Positions 9,108 through 16,844 of a stretch of 17,155 nt of DNA are shown one piece after another. A program made the position numbers and the translations under genes. Under the pieces are notes generated by a model. That model made no database searches. It saw nothing but the letters and a program-made list of their open reading frames with translations, and was not told the DNA's origin. This DNA is from Candidatus Eiseniibacteriota bacterium (lineage in GTDB: Bacteria; Eisenbacteria; RBG-16-71-46), in assembly GCA_031366795.1 (NCBI GenBank), contig JANLOX010000098.1:1-17155 (forward strand), given 5' to 3'. Position 1 is the stretch's first letter. Each line of letters begins with the position of its first letter.

Positions 9108-9909
9108 GCCGCGCAAGCGAGTGTCTGCCAGGAATCGTAGCGCCCGGCGTGCCCCTGATTCGCTGCTCACCGTCGATGTGGGCAACAGCGAGATCACCGT
9201 GGGACGTTTCCGTGACGACACGCTCGATGGATTCTGGCGGCTGACGACCATGCGGCTGACCGCCGACGAAGTGCTGCTCCAGTTGCGCGGCCTGCTTGGG
9301 CCCGCGCAGGCGGGGACCTCGGCCGCGGTACTGTGCTCGGTGGTGCCCGCGCTGTCGCAGCCGTGGAGTGTCGCGCTCGAGCGGCTCACGGGAGTGGCAC
9401 CCGTCGAGGTCAACGCCGGCTCGGCGAAGATCGCGATCCGCTACCTCGACCCGGGCGCAGTCGGCGCCGACCGGCTGGCGAATGCCGTTGCCGTGCGCGC
9501 GCGCTACGGCACGCCGGCGATCGTCGTGGATCTCGGCACCGCCACCACCTTCGATTGCATCTCACGCGAGGGCGCCTATCTTGGCGGCATCATCGCGCCG
9601 GGGGTGGGCACCTCGTCGGAGGAGTTGTTCCGCCGCGCCGCGCGCCTGCCGCGCGTCGAGTTGCGTGCGCCCTCGCGCGCCGTGGGCCGCACCACCGAGG
9701 AATCGCTGCGGGCAGGAGTGATCTGGGGCCACGCCGGGCAGATCGACGCGCTGGTCCGGCGGCTCGCGCTCGAAATGAAGGGAACGCCGCACGTGATTGC
9801 TACGGGGGGCTTTGCGCCGCTGATCGCGCCCGAGTGCGAAACCGTCAACCGCGTCGACGAGGCGCTTACCCTGACGGGGATGAAGCTGATCTGGCAGCGG
9901 GCACGATGA
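9100..9909 (+). CDS. coaX: Type III pantothenate kinase
   Basis: Start moved to ATG 9100 (GAGGAGG at 9087-9093; overlaps the tatC stop). LLTVDVGNS, CSVVP, VGADRLAN, IVVDLGTATTFD, YLGGIIAPG, VIATGG and LTLTG. Confidence 0.96.
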   Translation: MPEPRKRVSARNRSARRAPDSLLTVDVGNSEITVGRFRDDTLDGFWRLTTMRLTADEVLLQLRGLLGPAQAGTSAAVLCSVVPALSQPWSVALERLTGVAPVEVNAGSAKIAIRYLDPGAVGADRLANAVAVRARYGTPAIVVDLGTATTFDCISREGAYLGGIIAPGVGTSSEELFRRAARLPRVELRAPSRAVGRTTEESLRAGVIWGHAGQIDALVRRLALEMKGTPHVIATGGFAPLIAPECETVNRVDEALTLTGMKLIWQRAR

Positions 9910-11795
9910 ACCGGACTTCGCTGGGGGCGCCGAGGGGAGAGTCGATGCCCAAGCGGGGCCGCGCAGTAGCCGTGTGGCTCTCGATCGCGACCATGGCAGC
10001 GTATTCGGGCATGGCAACCGCTTCGAAAATGCAGCCGCCCAGAATTCCGGCCGCTGCGTTACAACGGCCCGACAGCCTCGCGATCCGTGACGCCGTCAAG
10101 TACCTCGCCGATCCCGCCCGCGAGGGTCGGGGCGTGGGCACCGCGGGGATCGATTCCGCGGCGGCCCACCTTGCGAGCAAGATGCTGCTCGGTGGACTCA
10201 TCCCCGCCGGTGACTCCGGCAGCTACTTTCAGCGCTTCGAAGTCACGACCGGCGCCGAACCGATCGAGCCGTGCAAGCTGGAGGTGACGGGGAAGACGTT
10301 TCCGTTGGGCGATGCGCTGCAGCCATTAGGCTTTTCGATCAACGGCAGCTTGCGCGGCCCCGTGGTGTTCGCGGGCTACGGCATCACGGCACCCGGCTAC
10401 GACTACGACGACTACGCCGGCATCGATGTGCACGACAAGATCGTGCTGGTGATGACGAACGAGCCCGGCGAGCTGGACTCGACCAGCCGCTTCGAAGGCA
10501 CCATCAACACGTCATTCTCGGAAGTGCGCACCAAAGCGATCAACGCGCGCGAGCATGGCGCGATGGCGTTGCTGATCGTTAATGGTCCGCGCAACCACGC
10601 GGGTGAAGCGCTGCGCAAGCCGAAGGGCGAAGGCGCTGGGTACATGTCGAGCGGACTGCTCGCGGGGCTCGTGTCCGATGGGACAGCCGGCGCATTGCTC
10701 GCGTCATCCGGGCAGACGCTCTCGCAACTCCAGGATGCGATCGACGCGGCCACGAAGCCGCACAGCGTCACGCTGCCCGACACCGCACGGCTCACGCTCA
10801 CGGTGCGCCGCCAGCGCGCGCACATCGCGAACGTCATCGGGATGATTCCGGGCCGCGACACCACGCGCACGATTGTCGTCGGCGCTCACTACGATCACTT
10901 AGGCTACGGCGGCGAGAACTCGCTGGAGCCCAACTCGCATGCGCCACACCTCGGCGCCGACGACAACGCTTCGGGTACGGCAGCGCTGATGGCCGTCGAG
11001 GGCGCCTTGTTCGCGCGCCGCCTGGCGGGATGGGTTCCCGCGCACAACCTGCTGTTCTGCCACTTTACCGGCGAGGAAATGGGGCTCGTCGGCTCGGGAC
11101 ACTTCGTCGATGATCCCACGGTGCCACTCGGGACCGTCGAGACGATGATCAACATGGACATGGTGGGCCGCCTGCGCGACAACAAACTGATGGTGATGGG
11201 CGTCGGTACGGCATCTGAGTTTCCGGCGCTCATCCAGAACGCTAACGCGCTCGCAAAGTTCGACCTCAAAGTCTCCAGCGACGGCTACGGCCCGAGCGAT
11301 CACTCCTCGTTCTACAAGAAAAAGATCCCGGTGCTGTTCATGTTCACGGGCTCGCATGCGGATTACCACAAGCCCTCCGACACATGGGACAAGCTCTACT
11401 ACCAGGGCATCGTGCGGGTCAGCGACTTCGTGACCTCTCTGGTGGAATCTCTCGACGTTCGCCCGCGTCCCACGTTCATCCAGGCGAAGGCCGACAGTTC
11501 AAGCGGCCGCATCGCGGGCGGCGGCGGTTACGGTGCCTATCTCGGCACCATCCCCGATTACATGCAGACCGAGGGGGGAGTGTTGCTCTCGGGCGTGCGT
11601 GATGGCAGCCCCGCGGCAATCGCGGGCTTGAAGGGCGGCGACAACATCGTCCGCTTCGATGACATCAGCATCGGCAACATCTACGACTACACGTTCGCGT
11701 TGCGTTCGCGCAAACCCGGCCAGCAGGTGCACATCACCGTGAAGCGCGGCGGGCAGGACGTGGTGCTGTTGGCGACGCTTGGGAGGAGATCGTGA
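9906..11795 (+). CDS. Exported M28-family zinc peptidase with inserted PA domain and C-terminal PDZ domain
   Basis: Start is ATG 9906 (ATGA overlap with coaX) or ATG 9945 (GAGGGGAG SD, then a signal peptide). EGRGVGT; PA domain VVFAGYGI..YDDYAGIDVHDKIVLV; M28 motifs GAHYDHLG, GADDNASG, GEEMGL, NMDMVG, SDH and DYHKPSD; PDZ YLGTIPD..GSPAAIAGLKGGD. Confidence 0.92.
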   Translation: MNRTSLGAPRGESMPKRGRAVAVWLSIATMAAYSGMATASKMQPPRIPAAALQRPDSLAIRDAVKYLADPAREGRGVGTAGIDSAAAHLASKMLLGGLIPAGDSGSYFQRFEVTTGAEPIEPCKLEVTGKTFPLGDALQPLGFSINGSLRGPVVFAGYGITAPGYDYDDYAGIDVHDKIVLVMTNEPGELDSTSRFEGTINTSFSEVRTKAINAREHGAMALLIVNGPRNHAGEALRKPKGEGAGYMSSGLLAGLVSDGTAGALLASSGQTLSQLQDAIDAATKPHSVTLPDTARLTLTVRRQRAHIANVIGMIPGRDTTRTIVVGAHYDHLGYGGENSLEPNSHAPHLGADDNASGTAALMAVEGALFARRLAGWVPAHNLLFCHFTGEEMGLVGSGHFVDDPTVPLGTVETMINMDMVGRLRDNKLMVMGVGTASEFPALIQNANALAKFDLKVSSDGYGPSDHSSFYKKKIPVLFMFTGSHADYHKPSDTWDKLYYQGIVRVSDFVTSLVESLDVRPRPTFIQAKADSSSGRIAGGGGYGAYLGTIPDYMQTEGGVLLSGVRDGSPAAIAGLKGGDNIVRFDDISIGNIYDYTFALRSRKPGQQVHITVKRGGQDVVLLATLGRRS

Positions 11796-12922
11796 AGCTG
11801 TGGATCCGATTTGCGCTGCTGCTCGTCGTTCCCATCGTGTTGATGTCCGCGGGTCCGCGCGGTGGCGTGCCCATAGCGCGGGGCACACTCAGGGCACATG
11901 GCAAATCCAACGCGCGGGCCACTCCGATTCCGCCCACCGCGGTCGCCGCCGACTCACTGATCCGACCGGGCGAAAATCACTTCGCGCACCTGTGGCAGCT
12001 GACGTTCGGCGGCCAGAACGCCGAGGGCTACTTCTCGGCGGACGGCCGCAAGTTGATCATGCAGTCGACCACCGACGAGTGGCCGTGCGACCAGGAGTAC
12101 GTGATCGACCTCGCAACCGGCGAGCGTCACCGCGTGAGCACGGGCAGGGGCCGCACGACGTGCGGATACTTCTACGATCACGACCAGCGAGTGCTGTGGG
12201 CCTCGACCCACGCGGGCGCGGACACCTGCCCGCCGCCCGCGGACATGTCGCACGGCTACGTCTGGGCGGTCTACCCGGACTTCGAGATCTACACCTCGAA
12301 GCTCGATGGCTCGGATCTCAAGCAGTTGACGCACTCGCCGGGATACGACGCCGAGGGCACCGTGTCCAACGACGGCCGGTGGCTGTTGTTCACCTCAGTG
12401 CGCGACGGCGATCTCGAACTCTACAAGATGCACTTGGACGGCAGCGGGCTCACGCGACTGACGTATCGCGCAGGTTACGACGGGGGCGCTTGGTTCTCGC
12501 GCGACGGCAAGATGATGTGCTGGCGCGCCGACTACCCCGCGGACTCCGCGCGGACCGAGTACAAGGAGTTGCTCTCGAGGCATCTCGTGAAGCCGACGCG
12601 CATGAACCTTTGGGTGGCGCGCTCCGATGGTTCTGGGGCGCGGCAGCTCACCTTCAAGCCCGGGGCATCCTTCGCGCCGTACTTCACGCCGGACGGCAAG
12701 CAATTAATCTACGCGTCCAATTGGGAAACCCCGCGCGGCCGCAACTTCGACATTTACCTGATCGACGTGAAGGGCGGCGAGCCCAAGCCGGTGACGCGCG
12801 ACACGGACTTCGATGGCTTCCCCATGTTCAGCCCCGACGGGCGCATCCTCGTGTTCGCCTCCAACCGGGGCGGCAAGCTGCGTGGGGAGACGAACCTGTT
12901 TCTAGCGGAATGGCGTAAGTAG
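11792..12922 (+). CDS. Exported TolB-like PD40 beta-propeller protein
   Basis: GTG after GGAGGAG, overlapping the peptidase stop; signal peptide; repeats QLTFGGQNAEGYFSADG, QLTHSPGYDAEGTVSNDG, RLTYRAGYDGGAWFSRDG, SFAPYFTPDG and FDGFPMFSPDG; ends NLFLAEW. Confidence 0.88.
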   Translation: MKLWIRFALLLVVPIVLMSAGPRGGVPIARGTLRAHGKSNARATPIPPTAVAADSLIRPGENHFAHLWQLTFGGQNAEGYFSADGRKLIMQSTTDEWPCDQEYVIDLATGERHRVSTGRGRTTCGYFYDHDQRVLWASTHAGADTCPPPADMSHGYVWAVYPDFEIYTSKLDGSDLKQLTHSPGYDAEGTVSNDGRWLLFTSVRDGDLELYKMHLDGSGLTRLTYRAGYDGGAWFSRDGKMMCWRADYPADSARTEYKELLSRHLVKPTRMNLWVARSDGSGARQLTFKPGASFAPYFTPDGKQLIYASNWETPRGRNFDIYLIDVKGGEPKPVTRDTDFDGFPMFSPDGRILVFASNRGGKLRGETNLFLAEWRK

Positions 12923-12950
12923 CTGCGCAAGCGTCAATAACTCGTGGCTA

Positions 12951-12976
12951 CCAAGACCGCGGGCAGCCGCCGATAA
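12951..12976 (+). promoter_or_regulatory. Candidate sigma28-type promoter CCAAG-N13-GCCGATAA upstream of the GroEL paralog
   Basis: CCAAG at 12951-12955 and GCCGATAA at 12969-12976; the 11-mer GCCGATAACCT is identical to the GT2 site. Confidence 0.5.
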
Positions 12977-13046
12977 CCTCTGGACGGAGGGGGGCATCCC
13001 AATGCGTGGGATCGCCCCCATCCCGACGCCTCCTCTCCAGAGGGAT
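12977..13046 (+). promoter_or_regulatory. Extended stem-loop covering the ribosome-binding site of the GroEL paralog
   Basis: Pairings CCTCTGGA 12977-84/TCCAGAGG 13036-43, GGAGG 12986-90/CCTCC 13029-33, GGGGC 12991-95/GCCCC 13014-18 and ATCCCA 12996-13001/TGGGAT 13007-12. Confidence 0.55.
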
Positions 13047-13052
13047 CGACGC

Positions 13053-14663
13053 ATGGGCAAGCTGATCCGGTTCGACGACGACGCGCGCAATTCCCTGCGC
13101 CGCGGCGTGGAGCAATTGACGGCGGCGGTGCGCATCACCTTGGGGCCGCGCGGTCGCAACGTCGTGATCGATCACGGCAGCGGCGTGCCCACGATCACCA
13201 ACGACGGCATCACGGTGACGCGCGAGATCGAACTCGAGAACCCGTTCGAGAACCTTGGCGTGCAGTTCATGCGCGAGATCGCCTACAAGACTGCCGTCGC
13301 GGCGGGGGATGGTACGACCACCGCCACGGTGCTTGCGGGCAGCATCGTGACGAACGGCCTGACCGCGATCGCCTCAGGTCTCAACCCGGTCGGCATCAAG
13401 CGCGGCATCGACCGCGCCGTGACCACCGTGGTGGCCGAGTTGCGGCGCCAGGCGCGCAGTGTCGAGAGCCGCGACGACATCGTCAAAGTGGCGACCGTCA
13501 GCGCGCGCGGGGATGCGCGCATCGGTGAGTTGATCGCCGACGCGGTGGAACGCGTGGGTGCGCACGGTGTCATCACGGTGGATGAGGGGCGCGGGTTGTC
13601 CACGTCCCTGAATGTCGTCGAGGGCACCCGGCTCGCATCGGGCTACGTGTCCCCGTACTTCGTGACGAACGCCGACGAGATGCACGCGGTGCTCGAGAAC
13701 GCCTACGTGTTGCTCGCCGATTTGAAGCTCACCCAGGCGCAGCAGTTGTTGCCCGCGCTCGAGCTCGCGGCGCGCGCGGGACGGCCGTTGTTCCTCGTGG
13801 TGGATGACATTGAGGGTGAGGCGCTGGCGACACTCGTCGTCAACCGACTGCGCGGCACCGTGTCCTCCGTCGCGATTCGCGTGCCCGGGGCAGGCCTGAG
13901 ACGGCGCGAGATGCTCGAAGACCTGGCGGTGCTCACCGGCGCCACGTTGTTCTCGGAGAGCGCCGGCAACCGCGTCGACCGTTTCACCGTCACCGACTTC
14001 GGCCGCGTGGGGCGGGTGCAGTCCGGTTCCTCGGCGACCCTGCTCGCGCAGGGCGGCGGCGACAGCGAGTCGATTCGCGGCCGCGTCGAATGGCTGAAGG
14101 GGCTGACGCAGCAGGCGTCGGCAGGGGCGGAGCGTGACTGGCTGGCACAGCGCGTCGCCTGCATTGCCGGCGGCATCGCGGTCATTGAGGTGGGCGCCGC
14201 GACCGAATCGGAGCGGCAGGAGCGCAAGTCGCTGATCGAGGATTCGCTGTCCGCCACGCTGTCGGCGGTCGATGAGGGCATCGTCACCGGCGGCGGCGTT
14301 GCGCTGTTGCGCGCGCAGCCTGCGCTGGCCGCGCTCAAAGCGAGTGGCGCCGAAGGGGCAGGCATCGAGATCCTGCGCAAGGCGCTCGAGGAGCCGATGC
14401 GCTGGATCGTGGAGAACGCAGGTCACGACGCGCCGCACATCGTGGCTCAGGTGCGCGGTGCCACGGGCCCGATCGGCTTCGACGCCGTGGAGGGCGTGAT
14501 CTGCGACTTGAACGCGATCGGCATTCTCGACTCGGCGAAGGTCACGCGCTGCGCTCTGGAATTCGCGGCGAGCATCGGCACCATCCTGCTGACGACCGAA
14601 GCGCTGGTGGTCGACTCGCCGCCGGAACAGGCGGAAGACGAGGGCGAGGACCACGCGGCCTGA
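13053..14663 (+). CDS. groEL: Divergent group I chaperonin (GroEL/Cpn60 paralog), no adjacent groES
   Basis: Start moved to ATG 13053 (MGKLIRFDDDAR aligns with GroEL N-termini; AGAGGG upstream); 536 aa. TLGPRGRNVV, TITNDG, AGDGTTTATVLA, GYVSPYF, GEALATLVVN, VGAATE, GGGVAL and GILD..KVTR; acidic tail instead of GGM repeats. Confidence 0.95.
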   Translation: MGKLIRFDDDARNSLRRGVEQLTAAVRITLGPRGRNVVIDHGSGVPTITNDGITVTREIELENPFENLGVQFMREIAYKTAVAAGDGTTTATVLAGSIVTNGLTAIASGLNPVGIKRGIDRAVTTVVAELRRQARSVESRDDIVKVATVSARGDARIGELIADAVERVGAHGVITVDEGRGLSTSLNVVEGTRLASGYVSPYFVTNADEMHAVLENAYVLLADLKLTQAQQLLPALELAARAGRPLFLVVDDIEGEALATLVVNRLRGTVSSVAIRVPGAGLRRREMLEDLAVLTGATLFSESAGNRVDRFTVTDFGRVGRVQSGSSATLLAQGGGDSESIRGRVEWLKGLTQQASAGAERDWLAQRVACIAGGIAVIEVGAATESERQERKSLIEDSLSATLSAVDEGIVTGGGVALLRAQPALAALKASGAEGAGIEILRKALEEPMRWIVENAGHDAPHIVAQVRGATGPIGFDAVEGVICDLNAIGILDSAKVTRCALEFAASIGTILLTTEALVVDSPPEQAEDEGEDHAA

Positions 14664-14711
14664 AGTTTGGGTGGCTGTGGTGTGAGCGTTGCTCGCGATG
14701 CTGCCCGGGCT

Positions 14712-15551
14712 CTAGCGGACCGGCGCTTCGGGCAGGCCCTGCGGGCGATGATCGGGGAACGCGATCGCACGCGTCACTCGCGCACCGGATGAACTCGTGA
14801 GCGCCTCACCGGAATCCAGCGCATCGCGTCGCACCACCGCCAGCGCTGACCATGCATCGCCCTCGCGGGCGACGCTCGTCACCACGCCCACATCCGCATC
14901 GCCGCGCTTGAGCGACTCGCCCTCGACGGGCGGCGGGCCTTCGCCCTCGAGCCGAGCCAACTGACGCCGCACACCGCTGTAGGTCATCATGCGCATCAGA
15001 GCTTCCTGCCCGGTGAAACAGCCCTTGCTCAGGTGGATGTCGCGCGCGAGCCCGACCTCGAGCGCGTTGAAGTCCTCGCGAATTTCATGACCATGACGCG
15101 GCGCGCCGAGACGGATGCGCGCCGATTCATTGAATGGCGCAGCACCCGTCGCGTCGCCGATGACAAGATCGATGCCGTCGGGGAGATGTAAGCGCACGGG
15201 AACACCGTCGCGCGATTCCACCGTTCCCGCAACGGCGCCTTCTGCTGAATGCGTCGCGGTGACCGGCGCGCGATCGCTCCAGTCCACCATGACGACCTTG
15301 TCGCGGAAGATCTGCTTGTCGACCTGCACGAACAATTCGGCCCCCGGCGCATCGGCGCGCAATAGCCACACGACTCCTGGCGTCGCGTGCGCCACGATCG
15401 CGCGATGCTGGACGCGCCCGCGAAAGTCGCAGAACAAGGTGGCGCGGCACTCGCCGACGGCCAACTCGCGCACGTTCTGGGTGGAGATGCGATGGATAAG
15501 GTCGAGCGCGTCACGGCCTTCGAGGCGCAGCAGCGTGGAAGCGGGGGTCAT
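14712..15551 (-). CDS. YgfZ/GcvT-family folate-binding protein (Fe-S cluster maturation associated)
   Basis: GRDALDLIHRISTQ N-terminus, RIRLGAP, signature LSKGCFTGQE and VGVVTS. Confidence 0.88.
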   Translation of the reverse strand: MTPASTLLRLEGRDALDLIHRISTQNVRELAVGECRATLFCDFRGRVQHRAIVAHATPGVVWLLRADAPGAELFVQVDKQIFRDKVVMVDWSDRAPVTATHSAEGAVAGTVESRDGVPVRLHLPDGIDLVIGDATGAAPFNESARIRLGAPRHGHEIREDFNALEVGLARDIHLSKGCFTGQEALMRMMTYSGVRRQLARLEGEGPPPVEGESLKRGDADVGVVTSVAREGDAWSALAVVRRDALDSGEALTSSSGARVTRAIAFPDHRPQGLPEAPVR

Positions 15552-15557
15552 GCGTTC

Positions 15558-15586
15558 AGGCTAGGGGTGGCGGGCGGCGGGGGCAA
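15558..15586 (-). promoter_or_regulatory. sigma70-type promoter TTGCCC-N17-TAGCCT, probably leaderless, for the YgfZ-family gene
   Basis: On the minus strand the -35 is at 15586-15581, the spacer is 17 nt and the -10 is at 15563-15558, 6 nt before ATG 15551; no SD. Confidence 0.6.
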
Positions 15587-15669
15587 GAGGCTGCCCGGGC
15601 GACGCTGAAACTCCGCCGCAATGCCCTCGGCCGCGCGCGGGCGCATCCGCGATCGAGTCCCGCACCCCG

Positions 15670-15698
15670 TTGGTCCCGCCCGCCCCCAATGCTACATT
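15670..15698 (+). promoter_or_regulatory. sigma70-type promoter TTGGTC-N17-TACATT with extended -10 TG, for dapE
   Basis: -35 at 15670-15675, TG at 15690-15691, -10 at 15693-15698, 8 nt before ATG 15707; no SD. Confidence 0.55.
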
Positions 15699-15706
15699 TC
15701 CCGCCC

Positions 15707-16795
15707 ATGTCCACTGACGCCTACGCCGCCGACCGGGTCGCCGACCTGCTCGAAACGCTCGTGAACACCGCGAGTGTGACGGGCAATGAAGCCGCCATCG
15801 CTGACTGGATCGCCGACCGCATGCGCGGCGAGCCGGGTGGCGAGTTGATTCGCTCCGGCAACTCCGTGGTGTGGAAGCCGGTGCCCTCGCTGCCCACGCG
15901 CCCGATGATCGTGCTGGCCGGGCACACGGATACGGTGCCTCCGCAGGGCAATGAGCGCGCGCGCCGCGAGGATGGCAAGTTGTACGGGTTGGGCGCCACC
16001 GACATGAAGGGTGGCGACGCGGTGATGCTGTCGTTGTTCGACACGCTCGATCCGGCGCGACTGCGCTTCGATGTCGCCTATGTGTTCTACGACGCCGAGG
16101 AAGGACCTTCGGCGAACAACGGACTCAAGCGGTTGCTGCACGAGATGCAGTGGCTGCGCTCTGCCTCTCTCGCGATCCTGCTTGAGCCGACGGACCTGAA
16201 GCTCGAGCTCGGCTGCAACGGTGTGCTCAATGCCGAGGTGACGGTGCGGGGCAAGAGCGCGCACAGCGCGCGGCCGTGGACGGGCGTGAATGCCATCGAG
16301 CGCGCGGCGACGTGGCTGGCAGGGATCACGCGATTCGAATCGCGGCCCGTTCAATTTGCCGGCGCGGAATTCGTCGAGACGCTTCAAATCACCACGTTGC
16401 GCGCGGGCAGGGCGCGCAACGTCATTCCCGATGAGCTGGTGGCAAATCTCAACTATCGCTTCACGCCCGACCGCACGCTTGCCGAAGCCGAGCGCACGCT
16501 GCGCGCGCTGGTGCCGCCCGAGTTCGAGTGCAACATCGTCGACGCTGCCGCACCGGGGAAGGCCTGCGGCGATCATCCTGAGGTGCAGGCATTCGTCCGC
16601 CGGTTTGGCGCCAAGGTCGCGGGCAAGCAGGGCTGGACGGACGTCGCGCAATTCACGGCGGCCGGCGTGCCGGCGTTCAACTTTGGCCCGGGGGTTCCCG
16701 AGCTGTGTCACCAAGCGGGCGAGTACTGCCCGATTCCCAATCTCGAAACCGCGTGCCGCTGGCTCGCCGCATTCCTGTCGCGGGACACCGCGTGA
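15707..16795 (+). CDS. dapE: Succinyl-diaminopimelate desuccinylase (M20 family, resembling the actinobacterial type)
   Basis: LAGHTDTVP, LYGLGATDMKGG, FYDAEEG, LLEPT, GCNG, HSARPW.G.NAI, NYRFTPDR, KQGWTDVAQF and NFGPG...CH..GE; followed by a dapC-like gene. ATG 15707 preferred over 15689. Confidence 0.85.
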   Translation: MSTDAYAADRVADLLETLVNTASVTGNEAAIADWIADRMRGEPGGELIRSGNSVVWKPVPSLPTRPMIVLAGHTDTVPPQGNERARREDGKLYGLGATDMKGGDAVMLSLFDTLDPARLRFDVAYVFYDAEEGPSANNGLKRLLHEMQWLRSASLAILLEPTDLKLELGCNGVLNAEVTVRGKSAHSARPWTGVNAIERAATWLAGITRFESRPVQFAGAEFVETLQITTLRAGRARNVIPDELVANLNYRFTPDRTLAEAERTLRALVPPEFECNIVDAAAPGKACGDHPEVQAFVRRFGAKVAGKQGWTDVAQFTAAGVPAFNFGPGVPELCHQAGEYCPIPNLETACRWLAAFLSRDTA

Positions 16796-16844
16796 TTCCG
16801 AACGCCGCGCAACGGGCGGCGCGTTCATCGAACGGAGCAAACCT

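Noticed and set aside
9333..9905. 191-aa N-terminal extension of the M28 peptidase in the ORF track
   Set aside because: Overlaps coaX in another frame with junk composition; the plausible start is 9906 or 9945, followed by a signal peptide.
4302..12918. Alternative-frame plus-strand ORFs (e.g. 4302-5276, 6746-7705, 8114-9082, 11779-12918)
   Set aside because: Arg/Ala/Gly/Pro-rich off-frame translations lying over real genes.
11792..12922. Calling the propeller gene tolB
   Set aside because: No TolB N-terminal alpha/beta domain recognisable and no tol-pal neighbours.
12923..13052. Hidden groES, CIRCE element or glycine riboswitch upstream of groEL
   Set aside because: The gap is only 130 nt, too short for GroES; there is no TTAGCACTC-N9-GAGTGCTAA; CTCTGGA resembles a glycine aptamer start but the remaining core motifs are absent.
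14664..14711. Bidirectional terminator between convergent groEL and the YgfZ gene
   Set aside because: Only a weak GTGAGC/GCTCGC stem with no U-tracts.
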